A stretch of 64,000 nucleotides of DNA from Octopus vulgaris (Eukaryota): positions 36,022,001 through 36,086,000 of the forward strand of contig OX597829.1 of the NCBI GenBank assembly GCA_951406725.2. Reading direction: 5' to 3'. The notes beneath the pieces are model-generated. The model worked only from the letters and a program-made list of their open reading frames with translations. It made no database searches and was not told where the DNA came from. Made by a program: the position numbers and the translations under genes. This document shows, in pieces, positions 59,813 through 64,000 of the stretch (position 1 is its first letter; each line of letters begins with the position of its first letter).

Positions 59813-61097
59813 GGTTTGATTGGTTGGTTGGTTGGTTGGCTGGCTGGTTGGTAGGTTAAATTTATAATGTACTGCACTGACATATATGCTGACAAACATG
59901 CCAATTACCTGGGTGAGGGAGTTGGTCATTAAAAGATAGTGATAAATTCTACATAGTTTTCTGACTATATGATGAGTGTTTTCATGAATATCTCAATTAG
60001 ACTGCAGAGAGAACCATATGCCACACTGTAAAAATCTACCGTACTAAGTATGTACAAATACTACCTTCAGCTTATAGTTTTAGCATTCATAAACATTGGT
60101 GGTAGAAAGTTTAGAAAGTACCCTTGCAAACACTAATGCAGTGGTCTAGCTTTTTATAATTTAATCCGCGATTTAAATGGGACTCTATATAAAAAAAAAA
60201 AAAAGGATTTCGTCCGATAGTAAAATGTAAACCAATATATACTTGAGCAAGAAAATCTGTCTATTAAACCAACCTCAGAACATACGCATTTACTATAACT
60301 AGTGAGGAAGAACGCTCGATTCGCTAGACATAATGACGTTATTTGGTTAGGCGTTCGAAGAGGAAATATGTGACATTTACAAAATATTCCCTTCAAAATA
60401 TATGACAATAATCCGAGTGAAGCTGAGAGCTAAATTATGGCTTTAAATATACATTTGATAAAATCATGAAATGTATAAATTCACACGTATATACATAAAT
60501 ACATAAATATATACGCACATAAAACACATGCATATATACATGCATGCATACGTAAATTAGTATGTATACATACATTCACATATACATATATATGTACATG
60601 CTGTGTATATATGTGTATATATATATATATAGGTATATATGTATGTATGTATGTATGTATGTCTATAAAGAAAGAAAAGCAAAGTGTATGTGAGAGAGAT
60701 AGAGAGAGAGAGAGAGAGGGAGAGAGAGAGTGAGTGAGTGAGAGTGAGTATCGATAGAAAGACTATATATAATGAGGTTAGTTACTATACAAAATTTAGT
60801 TAACTTCAGTTTGTGTTTTAGAAATAAAGTAAAAACATGTAGGAATTAAAATATATATTGAGTACCTGTATAAAGCAACATAAATGTCTGCAGTAAAAAG
60901 ACATGAAAATCAGTCTGTTTAACAAGTAAGTGTTTTCAGTAAGAATAATTCACATTGATTAATTCAAAATATATTTTTAGACAAAGACAGAAAATTCCAT
61001 ATTTTGGTTAGGCGAAAAGATAATTTAAACAATCGATATTATAACAACTTTTAATTTTAATATCTGTTTTCGCTCTTGTTCTCTTTCTTTCTTTCTT

Positions 61098-61149
<52 letters not shown>

Positions 61150-64000
61150 CCTATGTATGCATATATATATATGTATATATATATATATGTATATATATGT
61201 GTGTGTGTGTTTTTATATATGTGTATAAGTGTATACATATATATATATTTGTGTGTGTGTATATACACACACATACACACCCGCACAAATAAGATAATTA
61301 CATCTAGAAAATGTCATTCCATTCATTTTTGTAACCGTAGCCTTGGCCAGGAGGAATTGGTGTCATCAGACAGTATCTAACGATGATTTGGATGTTCGTT
61401 TCCAATGTTATCAGCTCGGCTCCTCTTTTAGTCCATAATCATGAAACGTATTTTTCGACTGCTTTCTTCATTGTGAGAGCGGTTATCTTTCCTTTCCTGC
61501 TATTCTTATGGCTTTAAATATTTTAAAACTTAACTGAACAAAGAACACTCTACAGTCAACTTCTGCGGAAAATAGCTGCACCTTATTTCCCTTCTCCTTG
61601 AAATTCTGCAAAATGTCTCAGTATTAGACATTTTACGATTTAAAGTCTTGAACGCATCCTTTTGCCACGAAGCTTTAAACTCGATCACAATTATTGTTCC
61701 CTTTTTCAACACGAGATCGCAGAAGTACTTTCGGTTTCAGGTTATGTAACTAATATGGAGGGGACTGCAGTATTTCTATTCTATATTAAGACCTGGCTGC
61801 GCCTCTTGATTGGTCAGTAGTTTTCCTTATTCCCTCCTGAACTTGATTCAAGTTATCTTCCACGAATTTGGCGTTTCGTTTGATGTTCTAGCTCCATAGT
61901 ATGAGCAGGCGTCATGAGCACTTCATTATGGCGCCACCTACATCTTCCTGGATTAAGTTTTATACCTTGAGGGATGTGTTGCAGGTGGCTCCTCTCCGCA
62001 ATAACTACTTAACTGAATCTTTCTCACGTCCCATTTGTCCACTACTCACATGGAGACGCCCGCGTTATCTACAGCCGGTATTACCAATCAGTTTCGGACA
62101 GAAACTTAGGTGATTATCTAGCAGCGCGTTTGTCATAGTACCGGTATGGAAAAAATGGCAACGGCACACTATTACTGAAAGTCAGGAATTGCCGTATCCG
62201 GATTTTATATGCCGTGATAAAGACGGAACGATCCGGTGGAAGACAATTAGAAAGAGGAACACTGAAGAATTATGTTATGTCTATTTCCTTAAAAACCTGA
62301 GGGGGCGATAACTGCCAACAAAATAATATTTGGGCACGGCTGGTAGTTGATCTGAGTGCAGAGGGTGGACATCAAACTTTTAAATCCAAGTGTCGGTATA
62401 TATGCCTATGTGTGTTTACATGTATATAGTTAGGTGTAGTCAATACTGTCTTGATAATGATTGTGGTGGTGAAATAACCTCTTGGTGATAGCGGTAACGT
62501 TTAAATTTATTGAGTGCATGAACGGAAAATCTCGCTCCTGCAGTTTAGGTAGGGGTTTATTAAAAAGAGTCCTTTAACATAGTTCATTTGTCGTTTATAT
62601 ATAGCCTGTCATTCCTCATACTACTGAAGTCAGGCTTGCATTTCTGTAGAATTTACTATTTGAAGTGATCCATGGTGCTTTCCTCCAACAACCATATATA
62701 CCTAACCAGGGCTGTGATATTGAAGGCGGATTTATGGCTGTTAAATCTGGTTTGGAAGGATCTTCTGTGACACCTGCGTATTCCGGGGTTCTTTAATATC
62801 AACCCTGTCACGTATACGAGGTCAATGTATTGCACTGGCTGATAAGGGGCATGTAGCTTTCCTTCTGCATGAGCAATATACTTATCAGCTTACCCGAGAC
62901 AATTTTTTTGTATTTACTGTAAATAAGCTAAAAGATATTAATTTCTTCGAAAACTAAAGAAGGGCACATGTTCTCCCCTATATTACATACATTTACAAAT
63001 ATATTTACATACATACACACATACATAGATACATGCATGCCTGCATGCATACATATATGCACACACACGCACACACACACATATATATCTATATATATTA
63101 TATGTATTTGTGTACGTATTTGTGTATGTATTTGCGCGTGTTAAACGTATAATATACACACGCACTCTTGTATCTCTTGTGCGAGTTTCTGTTTTTAAAA
63201 TTACAAAATGCTCTAAATCCCGTGTATATGTTATTCATAGAAACTTAAAAAAGTATATGTAGATGTTTACCGGCACCGTATGTGCAGACATAGTTGACTA
63301 AAACCCTACATATATGCTCGTGCGCACACACATACACAAGATGACAAAATGAGTTCACACACACACACTGTCTCTTTCTCTCTCTCATAACTACACTGGA
63401 TTATTTGGTATTCATTTTAAGAAACAGAATTTTCACCTAAATATAAAAAAATAGAAATATACATATTACTATTTTTCTATCGCCGGACAATTTCGAATGC
63501 TCTAGCTAATATCTAGGCTTCTTAAACTTTCATTAAGGAACATGCACCCATATTTTGTCTCTGTATAGATTAGCATCTTGGTGCTTATTTACAGTAAATC
63601 GCACCCACCACACACAAAAAAAAAAGAAAGAAGACTCAGTATAATTTGATAATAGTGCATAGAATGATAACGTAGGCTAATTAATTCACGGCGCACTAGA
63701 CTGTAAACAAAGTATTTACACTAAAAGTTTTATGTCTCACTGTGTAGAAAAAGTAGGATCAATCTGGTTAATTTCTAATCAACTTAGACCTCAGTCATAT
63801 CAAAGCGAAGCTGAACTTATATTGATTTTTTAAAAAAAAACATGAGTAATTTACATAGCTGAGTTTCAAAGTATAAGCTATTAATCTCTCTTTGGTATAT
63901 ACTTTCTGAGACGAAAGACTAAGGAGACTAGAATGTTCCCAAATTGATCCCACAGTTTTTAACACTGAAACTGATTTATCTATTAAAACTCATATACCTT

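Overview
AT-rich, microsatellite-saturated animal genomic DNA. The SINE families and the extreme (TA)n/(CA)n/(TATG)n/(GATA)n load suggest an octopus (coleoid cephalopod); this is an inference. Almost all ORFs in the supplied track are microsatellite translations. One host gene is evident: the first coding exon of a Phox2 homeobox gene (27938-28187, +). It ends in a phase-1 GT donor, and no exon 2 is recognisable in the remaining ~36 kb. The rest is mostly mobile-element debris: two tRNA-derived SINE families, a decayed pogo/Tigger transposon, a MITE, and 3' fragments of Tx1/L1, CR1-like, RTE and R4/Dong-like LINEs, several lying inside particular microsatellites. The most notable signal is a set of about ten short elements, often (TA)n-abutting and mostly arranged as inverted repeats, that carry type-I hammerhead-ribozyme motifs (stem I-CUGAUGA-stem II-GAAAC-palindromic stem III-GUH-stem I). 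They fall into several unrelated sequence families and resemble Penelope-like/retrozyme pseudo-LTR relics.
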